This document shows, in pieces, positions 27,712-37,985 of a DNA stretch of 64,000 bases. The stretch's first letter is position 1. Every line of letters starts with the position of its first letter. The notes beneath the pieces are model-generated. The model had not been told where the DNA came from and made no database searches. It saw nothing but the letters and a program-made list of their open reading frames with translations. Position numbers and translations under genes: made by a program. Source of the stretch: Bacilli bacterium (GTDB lineage: Bacteria > Bacillota_I > Bacilli_A > RF39 > UBA660); NCBI GenBank assembly GCA_017525035.1, contig JAFXTH010000023.1, positions 115,687 to 179,686 of the forward strand, given 5' to 3'.

Positions 27712-28503
27712 TTACATACCAAAAAGCATCAACATTGACAATAATAGAATTGCCATTGTTCCACCACCGGTAACAACTAACATGACCATTGTTTTCTTTT
27801 CCATTGTGTCAAGTCTGTTCTTATACTTTACTTCTCTTGCCTTATTTTGTAATGATGATACTGACTTAGAAAATATTAATAATTGTTTATATTTATTTTC
27901 TTGAGCACCTAGACCTAATCTGTAAAGTAATCTCATCATTCTCATTGAATCACGTACTGGATATTGAATCGCAAAATCCATGTATGGTTGAATTGATGAA
28001 TCACCAGCATCTATTTTAGCAACCAGTTGCCTTAATCCTGGTTTAAATACATCTGGTGCTTGATCAATTGATCTAGCTATTGCTACTGGAACTGTGTAGT
28101 TCTGACACAAAATTTCCAAGTTTTTTAAGTAATATGGCAATAGTTGGTCTATTTGAGTCATATATCTTTTATAATATGACTTTAATGATGAATATGGCAT
28201 TTTAAACATTAAATAAGCTAATATAAATAACATTACGAAGTTCAAAAATGACATATTACCGCTTATTACTAAGAATGCAAAGAATATCAAGAATGTATAA
28301 AAAGCATTCTGTATTCTTGCCATAAATAACTTATTAACCTCTACTCCTTCACCATATTTAGTAGCTACATAAAAGTCATAATCTTTTTCTTTTAAGAATA
28401 GTAAGTAACCATCATCAGTATTTATAAATCTATTTACATTTACTGTATCTGTGTAGAATAACGCTACTGCTATTAATCCAATAATTACAAATGTTTCTAC
28501 CAT
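27712..28503 (-). CDS. tadC: TadC-like platform protein (T2SS-F domain)
   Basis: Membrane protein with soluble block LPYYLKNLEILCQNYTVPVAIARSIDQAPDVFKPGLRQLVAKIDAGDS, typical of GspF/TadBC domains. Its ATG overlaps the tadB-like stop (TAATG). Confidence 0.55.
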   Translation of the reverse strand: MVETFVIIGLIAVALFYTDTVNVNRFINTDDGYLLFLKEKDYDFYVATKYGEGVEVNKLFMARIQNAFYTFLIFFAFLVISGNMSFLNFVMLFILAYLMFKMPYSSLKSYYKRYMTQIDQLLPYYLKNLEILCQNYTVPVAIARSIDQAPDVFKPGLRQLVAKIDAGDSSIQPYMDFAIQYPVRDSMRMMRLLYRLGLGAQENKYKQLLIFSKSVSSLQNKAREVKYKNRLDTMEKKTMVMLVVTGGGTMAILLLSMLMLFGM

Positions 28504-29402
28504 TACTCAGCACCTACATTCTCGTTATAATATTTTTCTCCATTAAGAAGAAAATAACTATTAAATAATACAATTCCATGAAGTGCTAATAAAACTATTG
28601 GTTTTTCTAACAAATCCAAATAGTTATCAATTCCTAACAAGTATTGAACTAATGCAACCATAGCATATAGTAACAATCCATATTGTATGAATTGTCTGTG
28701 GAAGTTTTGTCTATCAATTCTATCACGATAAACTCCTTCAACTAATACGTCAATATCAAGAAGCATGTTTTCCAATACTTCATTAGAATCTTTTGCACCT
28801 TCTCTTGTTATTTGTAAGAATAATTGATGCATATTTTTTGTCATATGGTAATCATATTTTGCATTCATATATTCAATTGATTGATTGATATCACCATTTT
28901 TATAAGCCATATCAATCATTGCTTTAACATCATCTAATACAGGAGATTCTAGAACTCCTGAATTATATACACCTTCAATCGCTTTTACGAAGTTTTGTGT
29001 TGTTTGGAATTCCATTATAGTATTTGTTGTATATACTTGTATTTGTTCAAATAAGAATTCTGAATAAATTCTCTTACACCTTAAATAAGTTAAGTATGGA
29101 ATAATACTTACAACTACTCCAACATATATTACTGATACAACCATATTGTAAAAGTATAAGTAAGATATTCCAAAGGCTACTCCTGCAAATATTGCAACTT
29201 GCATAAAGTATTCTTTTGTCGTATATTCTTGTCCCATATCTTTTACTTTTTGTCTTATTGTTTTAAATGAATATGGCGCATACTTATCATATACAGTAGC
29301 TGTTTGATCAATTACAAATTTATACATTGATGAATCGCCTTTTTTACGTAAGAACAATACTCCAAAGGCTATAATTCCTAATGCTAAAATTGATTCTATC
29401 AT
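28503..29402 (-). CDS. tadB: TadB-like platform protein (T2SS-F domain)
   Basis: Its size, TM layout (N-terminal, central pair, C-terminal pair) and position between cpaF-like and tadC-like support the call. Confidence 0.5.
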   Translation of the reverse strand: MIESILALGIIAFGVLFLRKKGDSSMYKFVIDQTATVYDKYAPYSFKTIRQKVKDMGQEYTTKEYFMQVAIFAGVAFGISYLYFYNMVVSVIYVGVVVSIIPYLTYLRCKRIYSEFLFEQIQVYTTNTIMEFQTTQNFVKAIEGVYNSGVLESPVLDDVKAMIDMAYKNGDINQSIEYMNAKYDYHMTKNMHQLFLQITREGAKDSNEVLENMLLDIDVLVEGVYRDRIDRQNFHRQFIQYGLLLYAMVALVQYLLGIDNYLDLLEKPIVLLALHGIVLFNSYFLLNGEKYYNENVGAE

Positions 29403-29441
29403 AAAAGCACCTTCTTTTCTTTTTATTTATTAATTGGGCAA

Positions 29442-31349
29442 TTAACTAAAATCAACAGGCCCTGAGAAAAACTTTGATTGTGTTCCATCTGCTGCTGGTA
29501 TTACTGGTACAGCTTGTACTGGTTGCACTTGCTGTGTTGGTTGTGGTAATACCGGTTGTACAGCAGTTTGTGGTTGTGCAACTGGTTGTTGTACTTGTGG
29601 AACTTGCTGTACTGGCTGCACTTGTGGCATAGGTTGTACTTGTTGTACAGGTTGTACCTGTGGAGCCATTTGAGTTGTAGCTGTAGGAGCTGTAGAAACA
29701 GTTGCTACAGGTTCTGGTTGTACATTTTGAACTGTCTGAACTTGAGGCTCTATCGCAACTTGTGGTTGTGTTGCAACTTCAATTTGTTTTTGTGGTACAG
29801 AAACTTGTTGCAAAGGCTCAGTAGTCTTTACTTCTTGTACTTTTGGTTCTGTATTTACTTCCACTTTAACAGGTGCCTCCGTTGCTACTTCAACTGGTGT
29901 TGTAACTGGTTCAGTATTAACGACTGTTTCTTTCGAATTAGTCTTTTTATCCATTTCTAAGTCTAACTTTCTAGCTGCTTCTTCTGGTGTATCCATATGA
30001 TCACCATTAGCATCATTAGCTTCTTTTAATGAAGAATGATTTTCTCCAAATAAGTTAGTAATATCAACACCTTGTCCTTCAAGGTATCCTTTGATATGTT
30101 TTGTTGGTTCATTATATGTTTCTTCTCCACCAACTGTTTTTAAATATATATTATTGAATTCTGGTTTATTTGTGACTTCATCAACAAAGAACTCACAAAC
30201 TCCCGCAATTTCACGAACGAATCTTTTTTCTTCTGGTTTATAACGACCACGAACAAATACTCCTATTTGTACATAACGATAAATAGTTTTCAAAAATTGT
30301 TCAACGTCAATGTTTGACTCAAGTAGTGAGTACATTCTGTGTGGAATACTTTCGGCTTTATCAGCATGTATTGTTGATAGGATATAGTGTCCTGAAGATA
30401 TAGAGTTACGTACTGCAGTAACTGCTTCAGCACTACGAACCTCGGAAAGCAATATCCAAATTGGGTTTTGTCTCATACATGTAACAAGAACATCTGAATA
30501 TGATGCTATATTATTTGTTTTCATGGCAACAATATCACGATGTGGGAAAATTCTATCCAAATGCAACTCAAGAGTATCCTCGATAGTTATTAACTTTTCG
30601 TTTTCTCTTGTGTGGCTTGCTAAATATTTAACTAACTCAGTTTTACCTGAACCAGTTTCTCCACATACTATTATGTTACAGTGACCCTTAACACAATTTA
30701 TTAAAAAGTCATGAATACTTAATCTTATATATTTTTCATTTAATAGCTTTTGTTTTTCTAGTCTTATCTTTGCTGGTGTTTTACGGAAAACAACAGCAAT
30801 TCCATTTCTTGCTATAGACTCATGAACAAAGTTCATACGAAGTTCAGCACTTTCTGAGTCCAAGAATGGATGAGCCATGTTGAATGTCTTACCCATAACG
30901 TTAGAACATTGGAATGCTATTTTCTCAATTAGGGCATTGTCAACTTCTTGTTGTTCTGCTCTGTAAACACCTTGAGATAGTGACTTTAGCCACAATTGTC
31001 CTCCATTACTATAAGAAATATCTGTGATATCATCATCATCAAGATATTTCTTTAAAGGACCGAAGTCTATTTGAGAGAAATTATCAGCATCTTTCTCATA
31101 GTTACTTTTTTTTGCAGTAGCTTCTTGAAAATCTTTAAATGCTTGCTCTTCCTCTTCTCTTTTCTTTCTTTCTTCTTCCATCTTAGCTTGTGCTTCTTTA
31201 ACACCAGCAAGTAAGTTTGGCATTTCATCCTTCTTTTCTTGTGCTGGTGCTGTTTCCTGTACAGGAGCACTGCTAGGTTGTTGATTGCTATTATCACCAC
31301 TAGAAACACTACCAAAGCCAATATTTCCAAAGTTCATTGACTCGCTCAT
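29442..31349 (-). CDS. cpaF: CpaF/TadA-family secretion ATPase with disordered N- and C-terminal extensions
   Basis: Walker A IVCGETGSGKTE, then ITIEDTLELHL and RQNPIWILLSEVR, and a His box ILSTIHAD. The C-terminal 200 aa or so are Pro/Gln/Val repeats. Confidence 0.9.
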   Translation of the reverse strand: MSESMNFGNIGFGSVSSGDNSNQQPSSAPVQETAPAQEKKDEMPNLLAGVKEAQAKMEEERKKREEEEQAFKDFQEATAKKSNYEKDADNFSQIDFGPLKKYLDDDDITDISYSNGGQLWLKSLSQGVYRAEQQEVDNALIEKIAFQCSNVMGKTFNMAHPFLDSESAELRMNFVHESIARNGIAVVFRKTPAKIRLEKQKLLNEKYIRLSIHDFLINCVKGHCNIIVCGETGSGKTELVKYLASHTRENEKLITIEDTLELHLDRIFPHRDIVAMKTNNIASYSDVLVTCMRQNPIWILLSEVRSAEAVTAVRNSISSGHYILSTIHADKAESIPHRMYSLLESNIDVEQFLKTIYRYVQIGVFVRGRYKPEEKRFVREIAGVCEFFVDEVTNKPEFNNIYLKTVGGEETYNEPTKHIKGYLEGQGVDITNLFGENHSSLKEANDANGDHMDTPEEAARKLDLEMDKKTNSKETVVNTEPVTTPVEVATEAPVKVEVNTEPKVQEVKTTEPLQQVSVPQKQIEVATQPQVAIEPQVQTVQNVQPEPVATVSTAPTATTQMAPQVQPVQQVQPMPQVQPVQQVPQVQQPVAQPQTAVQPVLPQPTQQVQPVQAVPVIPAADGTQSKFFSGPVDFS

Positions 31350-31377
31350 ATTTCCACCTCTAATTTTATTCGTTTAA

Positions 31378-32319
31378 TTATTCATTTATTGTTGTATTTG
31401 TATTTGTGTTAGTATTTGTATTTGTACTTGTATTTGTACTTGTATTTGTACTTGTATTTGTGTTTGTATTAGTATTTATATTAAAATCTAAATCTGTTAT
31501 TTCATCTGGTAATTCTGCTGCTAACTTAAGAACATAATCGCTTAGATATTGGCTTGAAACCTCTGATACTATTTCGTTATCTTTATTGCTAATATTTACA
31601 TTTGTTGGTACTGGTATAATATCGATTCTTGAGAACCCTCCAGTTTCATTAGCAACTGAATAGTTATTAATTGCATTAACTTTTCTTAATAATAAGTGTT
31701 GTTGTTCAGGTAGTGCAAAAATAATTACGTAAGGTATTCTTGTTTCATCTCCGCCTTCAAATACATTTCTTCCATCACTAGTTTTTACAGCTAAGATTTT
31801 AACATTTTGTAACAATTTACCAACTAAAGCCTTTCCATTATCTTTTGTAGACATATAAATATCTATATAGTTATTTGGAAGAATTGAGTTAGTATAACTT
31901 GTTAACATATTAACCGTTAAATAATATAAAGTATATCCAGTTGGAATATCATACAATGCTGAATCAGGTAATTCTTCTTTACTAGTTAATAACTCAGTAT
32001 AAAACATACTACCTGCAGGGATTGTAGCATTCATTTTTGTATATTTGTTAATAATTTGATTTTTATTTGAATAGTACTCAGTATTCAAAGCTCCTTTTGG
32101 AATATCTTTATATACAATCATGTCATCAGTTATTCTTGTTTTTGGATCAATTGTATATTTTGCAACTGGTAGTTGTACTGGTTTTGTTGCATTATTGATA
32201 CGTATGTTATAACCAATTAGCAATACTGCTACAGCTAAAACACCGCATACTGCAGTTACAAATCCTTTACTTTTTACCATTCTTGTTAATTTTGATGCAT
32301 TTAAATTATTACCGTTCAT
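31378..32319 (-). CDS. cpaB: CpaB/RcpC-like Flp pilus assembly protein (SAF domain) with C-terminal Thr-Asn/Thr-Ser repeat
   Basis: N-terminal TM segment FVTAVCGVLAVAVLLIGY. SAF-like block VQLPVAKYTIDPKTRITDDMIVYKDIPKGAL...IPAGSMF. The tail is NTNTNTNTSTNTSTNTSTNTNTNTNTNT. Confidence 0.6.
   Translation of the reverse strand: MNGNNLNASKLTRMVKSKGFVTAVCGVLAVAVLLIGYNIRINNATKPVQLPVAKYTIDPKTRITDDMIVYKDIPKGALNTEYYSNKNQIINKYTKMNATIPAGSMFYTELLTSKEELPDSALYDIPTGYTLYYLTVNMLTSYTNSILPNNYIDIYMSTKDNGKALVGKLLQNVKILAVKTSDGRNVFEGGDETRIPYVIIFALPEQQHLLLRKVNAINNYSVANETGGFSRIDIIPVPTNVNISNKDNEIVSEVSSQYLSDYVLKLAAELPDEITDLDFNINTNTNTNTSTNTSTNTSTNTNTNTNTNTTINE
31392..31478 (-). repeat. In-frame hexanucleotide microsatellite (gtattt/gtactt/gtgttt units) encoding the (TN/TS)n tail of the CpaB-like protein
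   Basis: Directly visible tandem 6-nt and 12-nt units, e.g. gtatttgtactt repeated three times. Confidence 0.85.
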
Positions 32320-32380
32320 ATTATGTCACCCTTTCATATTCATCCTAGAATAGCACACTACACTATTCTACTATAAAATA

Positions 32381-32409
32381 AGTATACTCTAAGAGATTAA
32401 AAAAGGCAA
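32381..32409 (-). promoter_or_regulatory. Candidate sigma-A promoter for the cpaB-cpaF-tadBC operon
   Basis: Minus strand reads TTGCCT - 17 nt - TATACT, about 60 nt upstream of the cpaB-like ATG. Confidence 0.4.
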
Positions 32410-32451
32410 TAAATAGATTAGAAAAAATATTAAAATTTCATCTATTTTTTT

Positions 32452-32481
32452 GTAAATTAAAAGAACGATTTAATCGTTCTT
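32452..32481 (-). terminator. Terminator after the 174-aa gene
   Basis: Stem aagaacgatt/aatcgttctt overlapping the stop codon, followed by TTTTAATTT on the minus strand. Confidence 0.45.
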
Positions 32482-33005
32482 TAATTATATTGATCTGGTG
32501 TTATTGTTTCTAGTATTCCTGTTAGTGAGTTCGTTATATCTTCCCCACTATCATACGATACATCAAAAAATCTTAAGAAAGAGAATCTCTCTGTTGCTAT
32601 TAGAGATATTGATACCTTAGGTGGGCATTCATCTATGTCATGAATTACTATTCTATACTTTTTGATTAATTTTGCACTTTCTGCAAACCTTCTTACAAAA
32701 CTTTCTACAAATTTTTCTTTTTGTATTCTTATTGTTCCAGGTATTCCTGCTTCACAGTGCATTGATTCTGGTTCTGCTTTACATAGTCCAGATACTCCAG
32801 CACAACTACTGTAAATTCCGTCCCATCCTGTACCTTCTCTATATGCTTTTAAGTCTACAGCATCATACATTGCTGCTTGTGTTACCTCTTTTAATAAGTA
32901 ATAGTTTTGTTCATTACTTATCAAAATATTTCCAAATATATTTATTAATACTATTCCTAATATTCCCATTACCATAAAGAAATACATCCATAATGATTCT
33001 TTCAT
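32481..33005 (-). CDS. N-terminally anchored small protein (pseudopilin-like N-terminus), function unknown
   Basis: MKESLWMYFFMVMGILGIVLINIFGNILI followed by a soluble Cys-containing domain of about 140 aa. Confidence 0.45.
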   Translation of the reverse strand: MKESLWMYFFMVMGILGIVLINIFGNILISNEQNYYLLKEVTQAAMYDAVDLKAYREGTGWDGIYSSCAGVSGLCKAEPESMHCEAGIPGTIRIQKEKFVESFVRRFAESAKLIKKYRIVIHDIDECPPKVSISLIATERFSFLRFFDVSYDSGEDITNSLTGILETITPDQYN

Positions 33006-33020
33006 CTTACCACTCTCCCA

Positions 33021-36000
33021 TTATTTTTTATATTCTTCTGGATTACTAAACAAGCTAGCAAAGCCTCCAAATTCAACATTACTATCATGTATGAAACTGC
33101 TTATATATTCTCCCGAATAATCCTTTTCTAAACTAGTTGAAGTTGTGAACTCTGTGTATGCTTCTTTTTTATCGTTTTCTTTCTTTGATTTTGTATCTTT
33201 TCTTATTTTTTCTATATCTCCCGGTCCTAAATCAATAACGTATTCTGGTTTTTGATTTGAATTAACACCAGTTATACTTGTTGTATCATCATCGTCGTGC
33301 TTAATATAATCAGTAAATCCAACCCAGTTTGCACCAACTTCTCTTTTTCCTTTATCAAATGGCGCTTCACTATCATATGAATTAGGGAATGGATTGTAAT
33401 TATTTATTGATCTATATAAGTATTCATCTCCACCACTGCAAATAGGTTTATAACATCTATTAATGCACTGTCTTGATTCATTAGTATTGTTTCCATAAAT
33501 TTGATTACAATATGTAGTTACATTATTTATTGCGTTTTCACTGCACTCTGTAATAATAGTACATTTCATACAACTATTAACACAATCATCTATTGTTTCA
33601 TGATGGTGTACTTCATCAGCTAAATATGTTGTACAATACTTTCTTACTTCCTTATATTGATGATCTTGCTTTGCATTCCATACTTCACAATTATATTTAT
33701 CACCTGTTGGTGGTTGGCTTATATCGTAAACACAACATGCATTTCCATTACCACGCTCAACAATTGCCAACAATGATAACTTTTTATAATTTTTATATGT
33801 AAATTCATAGTTACCACTATTAACTACATTTTTATATTCTTTTATTGTAAATGTTTCATTTGAACCATACATCGCTCTAATAGATACCTTTTTGTGTGGT
33901 ACGTTAACTGTTAACTTATATTTAGATTTTGTATTAGATCCACCATTTGGTGTGATTTTACAAACACTATCACTACAATTTGCAAAAGTTACTGATACAT
34001 GGTTTACTGCTTTTTGTCCTTTTTTAGATTTTGCCACACAATAAACGTAATGTGTTTCTACTCCAGTTTTTGATGGCTTTAAAGTTTTGGCATCTATTTT
34101 GCCTGAGTATTCTTCTAATTCTTCATCCGTTGGATCAATTAAGATTCCATATGTGATTATTTCATCAGCATAATCTCCAGTTCCACCTAAATTCATCTTA
34201 ATATTTGTGATTTCGGCTTTTATTCCATCCATACCGAAATAGATTCCATCTTCTGCTACTACATCTCCAACTTCTGTTATTCTAATACTACATTCTGGAG
34301 GTTCAGGCTTACATCCTTCGATTTCACAAACTATATTACCTGCGCTAGACTTTTCAGGATAATAACTTGTATCATCACCAGATGGCATTATTACAGCCTT
34401 TCCTACTATCTCAAATCCATATCCTGATTGATTTAACGCCTCAAATGACGTGAAATATAAGTTTTGTCCAGGTACAGTTTCTGTACGTCCATCTACTGTT
34501 AGTTGTTTACATTTTCCATCTTCATCTGCCTTTGTTATTGTTGCATTTCCATCTGTTGATACGCAATATTTTGGCATTTTATATTCTAAATCTACATTAC
34601 TAGTTGTTGTATATGTATTTGAACTATATGATCCTACTGTAGATAACCTATTATATACGCTTTTAGAAAATACATTTTTTGTTTCTGATTGCGTACTAGA
34701 TGGTTCTTTTTTAGATTCTTCTATTAAATCTACTTTTACATCCTTTATTTTCTTATCAGATAAAGTTTCTGTTACATCAGCAGTTACAGTTGTTCTGGAT
34801 TGCCCTTTTGAATCTACTAATGAATAGTTTGTTGATTCCCATTGAATATTTGTTTCAGCATCTGCAGCATCTATTAACGATGAAATAGACGGAGAAATTT
34901 CTCCAACATATCCATTTTCTTTAGCAGCGTTATACTTACCTAAAACTTGAATAAGTAATTTTCTAGGTGTGCTTTCTTTAATACATTCTCCTGCACTGTT
35001 TTCTTGCACACAAATTTTTTCTTTTGAATGGTATATTGAATAAGCAAATTGCCAGCTATCCATATCAAACCATACATAACATTTCTTTGAACTAGCCACT
35101 TTAACATCATAGTTTACCCCAGTTCCTGGGACAATCTTTTTATATGCTAAGTTTTCAAACTCAACTTCGTTATATTCTATACATGCTACATTTGCGAACG
35201 TTCTTTGATCTACTGGAGTGTTTTCCGGATCACTATAACATGTAGCATTTCTTGGTGCTGAATTTTGAATATCCTCGATTTCTTCTTCAACATATGGTTC
35301 GCAAGTTTTTTCATCACATTTTATATTTGTTGTATCACTTGAATTTTTTACCTTAGAAAGCGCATTTTTATATTCCTGTGCTTCTGGTGTACTAGGCAAA
35401 TTACTGCAATTATTAGGTTGATAATTTACATGACATTTATTAATCATACAATCTTTCTTTTGTGCAGTTACTGGCCATCCATCTTGATATCCGATAAAGT
35501 TATCACAGAAGTTTTCAGCACAACGTAATAGTTCATTTCCTGTCTTATTCTCACAAACAATAGGACAACTGTTTACATGTCTTACCCAGAAGAAAGCTAA
35601 TCCTAATGTGTATTTATGTGATTGCCCTGCTGCTACTGAAATACTACTAACATCTTGTGTCCATAATTTATATTTATTTGTACTTCCAAGACCTGCAATA
35701 GCTGTTTTTGCACTTGGACCTACGTAGTAATCATATACTTGATTTCCATTTGCATCAACTTTTGGCGTTACACCATCTGATTGATATACCTCGTTAGCAG
35801 TTCCTGTACTTATTCCTTCATATAATGCTTGATACATTTTTAATACAGCTGTATCTCTTCCTCTTTTTATTGAAGAACCATAGGTATATGTATTTGTGTA
35901 CAAGTATGCTTTGAAGCTTATATTATATCCATTACAATAGTCTGTTGCCCTTGACCATCTTCCAGCTTCTATCCTACATGTTGTTTGTGTTTTATCATAT

Positions 36001-37280
36001 CTAGTATATGATGTACATGTTTCACCAGAGCATCCGTCTGACTCTTCACATTTAGCCTTTGTAGTAAATCCATACTTACCTGTTGTAGTACCACATTTCC
36101 AACGGGCATATTGACTACAGTTGGATGTATAACCAAAATTATTGTATTTTGTATAATCAACATTTGGAGGATTTTTTGATTCACAAACTATAGCTATTTT
36201 ATCTTCATTACAATAAGTAGTATTATAAGTTACTTCGTCTTTCCATTCACCAGAAAAACAATAATATTCTTGTGAATGTGTATAGCTACCTCCCTCAGTT
36301 TGTGTTCCTGTACACTTATATCCCTTAACTGAATCCAAAGTACAACTATTAGCTATGTATCCATTTAAACTACATTTATAATCTGCCGCAGGTGTAGTAC
36401 CATTATCCCATTCTTTTAGTAGTTTAGATGTTGTTTTACAATTGTTACCTTGACACGTTTTAGAATTAGCATCTGCTGTCGCTTTTTGTGGTTGCCTAAT
36501 AGCTGTATCAAATACAATGTAATATTTTTCAAGTTCTTTTAGGTTTTTTTCGTTAGTTACAAGTTCAGGATAATCAAATAAATTTGCTAAATCTCTAATT
36601 GTTTTGCTATTTTTCCCGTCATCCTTGTATTCACCCATTAAGTTATTTACAAATACAGCATAACCACTTGCATCACTACTTATGTTTCTCTTTATTAATT
36701 TTATTCGTTGGTTTTTATTAGCGGCATTTTCATAAAAAGCTCCACCAGATGTTCCTCTTGGATAAAAAGTTATCTTGTTTCTAGGATAACTAGCTACATT
36801 TTCTGATTTATAATTGTAATTAATTAATGCCGTACACGTGCTGTTGGAGTACCATCCACCTGTTCCTGTTGATAGCGTATATAACCATTGTGGGTGTCCC
36901 TGTCCTTGCCATCCTTTAGGTGTGTCAGGATATAGTTCTTCAGGATCATTCAAACTCATATGTGCTTCGTTTAGAAAACCTCCAGAATAGAATAATACTG
37001 GAACACCAACATATTCTTCTTTTTTTGTTTCATAATCATATTTTACCAAGTTTACATAAACTCCAGCTCCACTAAAACAAAGGGCATCTTCACCACATTT
37101 TTTAGCATCCAGTGGTGTAGAACTTGAATGTGTTAAGCCATATGTAAAACCACCAAGAGCTTCTCCTACTATTTCTTTTAGTGTTTGTTCAGCAGGAGGC
37201 GTCATATCCGCAAAAACTACTATAGGCATTAAAAATGATAAAATTATAGTTAAACATATTATTTTTTTAATTAGTTTCAT
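33021..37280 (-). CDS. 1419-aa secreted cysteine-rich protein (candidate adhesin or pilus-tip component)
   Basis: Signal peptide MKLIKKIICLTIILSFLMPIVVFA. I count about 53 Cys by eye, often in pairs or clusters such as KCEESDGCSGETC, CEIEGCKPEPPEC and DDCVNSCMKCTIITEC. There is no LPXTG motif and no C-terminal TM segment. Confidence 0.7.
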   Translation of the reverse strand: MKLIKKIICLTIILSFLMPIVVFADMTPPAEQTLKEIVGEALGGFTYGLTHSSSTPLDAKKCGEDALCFSGAGVYVNLVKYDYETKKEEYVGVPVLFYSGGFLNEAHMSLNDPEELYPDTPKGWQGQGHPQWLYTLSTGTGGWYSNSTCTALINYNYKSENVASYPRNKITFYPRGTSGGAFYENAANKNQRIKLIKRNISSDASGYAVFVNNLMGEYKDDGKNSKTIRDLANLFDYPELVTNEKNLKELEKYYIVFDTAIRQPQKATADANSKTCQGNNCKTTSKLLKEWDNGTTPAADYKCSLNGYIANSCTLDSVKGYKCTGTQTEGGSYTHSQEYYCFSGEWKDEVTYNTTYCNEDKIAIVCESKNPPNVDYTKYNNFGYTSNCSQYARWKCGTTTGKYGFTTKAKCEESDGCSGETCTSYTRYDKTQTTCRIEAGRWSRATDYCNGYNISFKAYLYTNTYTYGSSIKRGRDTAVLKMYQALYEGISTGTANEVYQSDGVTPKVDANGNQVYDYYVGPSAKTAIAGLGSTNKYKLWTQDVSSISVAAGQSHKYTLGLAFFWVRHVNSCPIVCENKTGNELLRCAENFCDNFIGYQDGWPVTAQKKDCMINKCHVNYQPNNCSNLPSTPEAQEYKNALSKVKNSSDTTNIKCDEKTCEPYVEEEIEDIQNSAPRNATCYSDPENTPVDQRTFANVACIEYNEVEFENLAYKKIVPGTGVNYDVKVASSKKCYVWFDMDSWQFAYSIYHSKEKICVQENSAGECIKESTPRKLLIQVLGKYNAAKENGYVGEISPSISSLIDAADAETNIQWESTNYSLVDSKGQSRTTVTADVTETLSDKKIKDVKVDLIEESKKEPSSTQSETKNVFSKSVYNRLSTVGSYSSNTYTTTSNVDLEYKMPKYCVSTDGNATITKADEDGKCKQLTVDGRTETVPGQNLYFTSFEALNQSGYGFEIVGKAVIMPSGDDTSYYPEKSSAGNIVCEIEGCKPEPPECSIRITEVGDVVAEDGIYFGMDGIKAEITNIKMNLGGTGDYADEIITYGILIDPTDEELEEYSGKIDAKTLKPSKTGVETHYVYCVAKSKKGQKAVNHVSVTFANCSDSVCKITPNGGSNTKSKYKLTVNVPHKKVSIRAMYGSNETFTIKEYKNVVNSGNYEFTYKNYKKLSLLAIVERGNGNACCVYDISQPPTGDKYNCEVWNAKQDHQYKEVRKYCTTYLADEVHHHETIDDCVNSCMKCTIITECSENAINNVTTYCNQIYGNNTNESRQCINRCYKPICSGGDEYLYRSINNYNPFPNSYDSEAPFDKGKREVGANWVGFTDYIKHDDDDTTSITGVNSNQKPEYVIDLGPGDIEKIRKDTKSKKENDKKEAYTEFTTSTSLEKDYSGEYISSFIHDSNVEFGGFASLFSNPEEYKK

Positions 37281-37289
37281 AATTTCCTC

Positions 37290-37985
37290 CTATTTAATGT
37301 CTATTTTTGCTCTTTTCTTCTTCTTTTGATATTTCTTAAATCCGTAGTAACCGGCTCCACCAATTACTAGAACCGTTAATGTACCAGTTATAGCTATATT
37401 ATCTTTATAAAAATTAATTAGTTTTTCAAAGAAAGTTTCTTCTTCTGGTTCTAAATCTTTTGGTTCTTCTTTTTCTAAACTCTTTTTATACAATTCTAGA
37501 GCTTGTAAAAAGTCGTCTAAATTTCTAATTTCCTTTTGATACCATTTGTTACACAAAGGAAATTCTTCATATTCAATACATTCATCTCTTTCACTATATA
37601 TGTTATACTTTGGTATTTTTAAACTTTTTGTATAAAGGAGTTCTCCAGCACAAGCATAACCATTAGCCGCATATATTTTAAATTCATATGTGCTGCCACC
37701 ATCGAAGATTGATGCAAACTCGTAAATGTCTTTGCCCTCTACATACATCATATGTATGTTGCCATATTCAACAACTATACCAGGTTGTAAGTTTGCCATA
37801 GTTACTGTGAAATAGTAATCGCTTCCTTCTTCTTTATGTAAATCATAATTAAAAGTTACTTTATAAGCCTTTGATTTTAATTGGCTATAATATGTTTTTG
37901 TACATGCTTTTCTTGCTGCGTTGGCAGTTGGAACAAACATAACAAAAAGCAAAAAAACAATAATAAATAAATATACTTTTTTCAT
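37290..37985 (-). CDS. Secreted protein with C-terminal TM anchor and poly-Lys tail, function unknown
   Basis: Signal peptide ending TANA, C-terminal segment ITGTLTVLVIGGAGYYGF followed by KKYQKKKKRAK. It is the first gene of the cluster. Confidence 0.55.
   Translation of the reverse strand: MKKVYLFIIVFLLFVMFVPTANAARKACTKTYYSQLKSKAYKVTFNYDLHKEEGSDYYFTVTMANLQPGIVVEYGNIHMMYVEGKDIYEFASIFDGGSTYEFKIYAANGYACAGELLYTKSLKIPKYNIYSERDECIEYEEFPLCNKWYQKEIRNLDDFLQALELYKKSLEKEEPKDLEPEEETFFEKLINFYKDNIAITGTLTVLVIGGAGYYGFKKYQKKKKRAKIDIK

Noticed and set aside
29556-29960. 134-aa plus-strand ORF rich in Leu/Trp/Cys/Tyr
   Set aside because: It is an antisense shadow of the Pro/Gln/Val repeat tail of the CpaF-like gene. 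The sequence is low complexity with no RBS. The minus-strand gene is clearly real.
29470-31480. Tandem repeats considered as a possible CRISPR array or non-coding satellite
   Set aside because: Both repeat tracts are in-frame parts of long ORFs: the PQV repeats of cpaF-like and the TN/TS repeats of cpaB-like. The units are 6-30 nt and imperfect, with no repeat-spacer periodicity. No cas genes are present in the window.
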